Source: Thermostichus sp. DRC_bins_24
Lineage (GTDB): Bacteria > Cyanobacteriota > Cyanobacteriia > Thermostichales > Thermostichaceae
Direction: 5' to 3'
NCBI GenBank assembly: GCA_039794845.1
Contig: JAUQVK010000037.1
Coordinates: forward strand, 28,048 to 92,047
Length of the DNA stretch: 64,000 nt
The number at the start of each line of letters is the position of its first letter. The stretch's first letter is position 1. Position numbers and translations under genes: made by a program. The notes below the pieces were generated by a model. The model worked only from the letters and a program-made list of their open reading frames with translations. It was not told where the DNA came from and ran no database searches. Shown here piece after piece: positions 62,612 through 64,000 of the stretch.

Positions 62612-63577
62612 ATGCAACCGGCTGTACCTGCTCAACCGACTCTCCTGAAGGATTTGTCTGTTTGGAAAGACGGGATCCTTTACGCCTTTGGCTTGTTGGC
62701 TTTGGGGCTGCTGGGAACGACGGTGCCAGAAGCGGTGCCCAGCTGGTTTTTGCCCGCGGTTTTGCTGGCCACCCTGATTGGAGGAACGGGGTGTTGGGGC
62801 TTGGGCCGACGAGGGCGGGGCTGGGGGCCTCCCTTGCTGATTTTGCTGTTGGGACTGGTGCTGACCCAAACTTTGCTGGTGGGCTATCGGGTACCGCCGG
62901 GGTTGATGCCGACCCCAACGCGGGTGATGCGGGCGGTGTGGATGGCACGGGCGGCCCTACTGCGGGATGGGATACAAACCTTTGTGCGGCAGGCATTGGT
63001 GGGGTTTGGTCTGGGGGTGGGATCCGGGCTGCTGCTAGGGGGAATCTTGGCTCGTTTTCAGAAGATCGAGCAGGGGGTTTTGCCCTATTTGGCAGCCTTC
63101 TCCAGTATTCCCATCCCGGCCTTGGCCCCGGTGATGGTGGGGGCTTTGGGCATCGACTGGCCCTCCAAGGCGGCGGTGGTTGCGGTGGTGGTGCTGTTTC
63201 CGGTGGTGATCAACACGGTACGAGGCTTACGTTCGGTGGATCCCAGCCAATTGGATTTGATGCGCTCTTACGGAGCCAGTGCTGGGCAGGTGTTTCGGCA
63301 GGTGCGAATCCCACAGGCTCTGCCCTATGTGTTTAATGCCCTGAAGTTGGCGATGACGTTGGCGATGATCGGGTCAATTGTGGGGGAATTTTTTGCAGCA
63401 CCGGGGTTTGGCCTGGGCTTCCGCATCCGGATCGAGGCGGCCCGCTTTAATTTCGATATTGTTTGGGCAGCGATCATCTATGCCACGGTCATCAGCACCC
63501 TAGCCTATGGGTTGATCGTGATGATCGAGAAACGGCTGACCTTTTGGCACAGCTCCATTCGCTCGGGGGACCGTTAA
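62612..63577 (+). CDS. NitT/TauT (SsuC-like) ABC permease
   Basis: P.P..V, FPVVINTVRGL, LMRSYGAS, PQALPYVF, GSIVGEFF. Confidence 0.85.
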   Translation: MQPAVPAQPTLLKDLSVWKDGILYAFGLLALGLLGTTVPEAVPSWFLPAVLLATLIGGTGCWGLGRRGRGWGPPLLILLLGLVLTQTLLVGYRVPPGLMPTPTRVMRAVWMARAALLRDGIQTFVRQALVGFGLGVGSGLLLGGILARFQKIEQGVLPYLAAFSSIPIPALAPVMVGALGIDWPSKAAVVAVVVLFPVVINTVRGLRSVDPSQLDLMRSYGASAGQVFRQVRIPQALPYVFNALKLAMTLAMIGSIVGEFFAAPGFGLGFRIRIEAARFNFDIVWAAIIYATVISTLAYGLIVMIEKRLTFWHSSIRSGDR

Positions 63578-63783
63578 CCTGCCCTCGATACCTTCAGACT
63601 CTGGGTTGATTTTTCGAGGTGCCCGTATGCAAATCCAGCGAAGCCACAGCTGATTTGCAGCCCTTGCCTGGACTTGTGCTTTCTAAGTCGGCTAGAAGGG
63701 GAAGTCGCAGCTTTTGAGATTACTTTTGAGATTATAGGTGACTGGCGACAGAGCTGTACTCCTGCTTCGGCTAGGATTCCGGC

Positions 63784-64000
63784 ATGAGCAAAAAAGCCGA
63801 TATTGGCAGCAAACGCCTGATTGGCCTGGATCTCCAGTCTTGGAGCCGCTGGGTCACCCAGAACCCGCAGGTGCAGGTTCAAGAGATGCTGGATTCTGAG
63901 TTTCAGTGGCTCAGCTGGGAGGGGGATGTCCTGATTCGGGCTTGGAATCCCGATATCGGGGAGTTTCTCATTGCCAACGAGATTCAACTGCGCTACTCCC
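63784..64000 (+). CDS. Rpn-family recombination-promoting nuclease/putative transposase (runs off window)
   Basis: Hand translation MSKKADIGSKRLI..W..WV..SEFQW...DVL...EFLIANEIQLRY (PD-(D/E)XK-like D..EIQ). Confidence 0.7.
   Translation, partial: MSKKADIGSKRLIGLDLQSWSRWVTQNPQVQVQEMLDSEFQWLSWEGDVLIRAWNPDIGEFLIANEIQLRYS

Overview
64-kb, gene-dense, mostly core-genome window from a cyanobacterium. The very frequent GGGATCCC palindrome, in place of canonical HIP1 GCGATCGC, points to the hot-spring Synechococcus OS-A/OS-B' (Thermostichus) lineage. It contains the large ribosomal-protein operon (rplC...secY-adk-map-infA), pdhB, murI/amidase, cysH, gshB, crtH, thiE, ycf46, tRNA-Val(GAC), tRNA-Cys(GCA) and a 6S RNA. 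Notable items not visible in the ORF track: (1) a c-di-AMP (ydaO) riboswitch with a strong sigma70 promoter, driving an NrtABD-like ABC transporter of atypical specificity with an embedded universal-stress protein; (2) a secreted thermonuclease-TM-PspA/IM30 (ESCRT-III-like) fusion protein; (3) a fossil integrative element at tRNA-Val, seen as a frameshifted tyrosine-integrase remnant plus a degenerate att-like duplicate of the tRNA 3' half 4.5 kb away; (4) a 72-bp inverted duplicate of the 6S RNA 3' half next to an orphan antitoxin-like gene; (5) a structured ~360-nt rplC leader; (6) a possible split AddB-like pair and a polyamine ABC system scattered over the window. All calls come from reading the sequence; no database searches were run.
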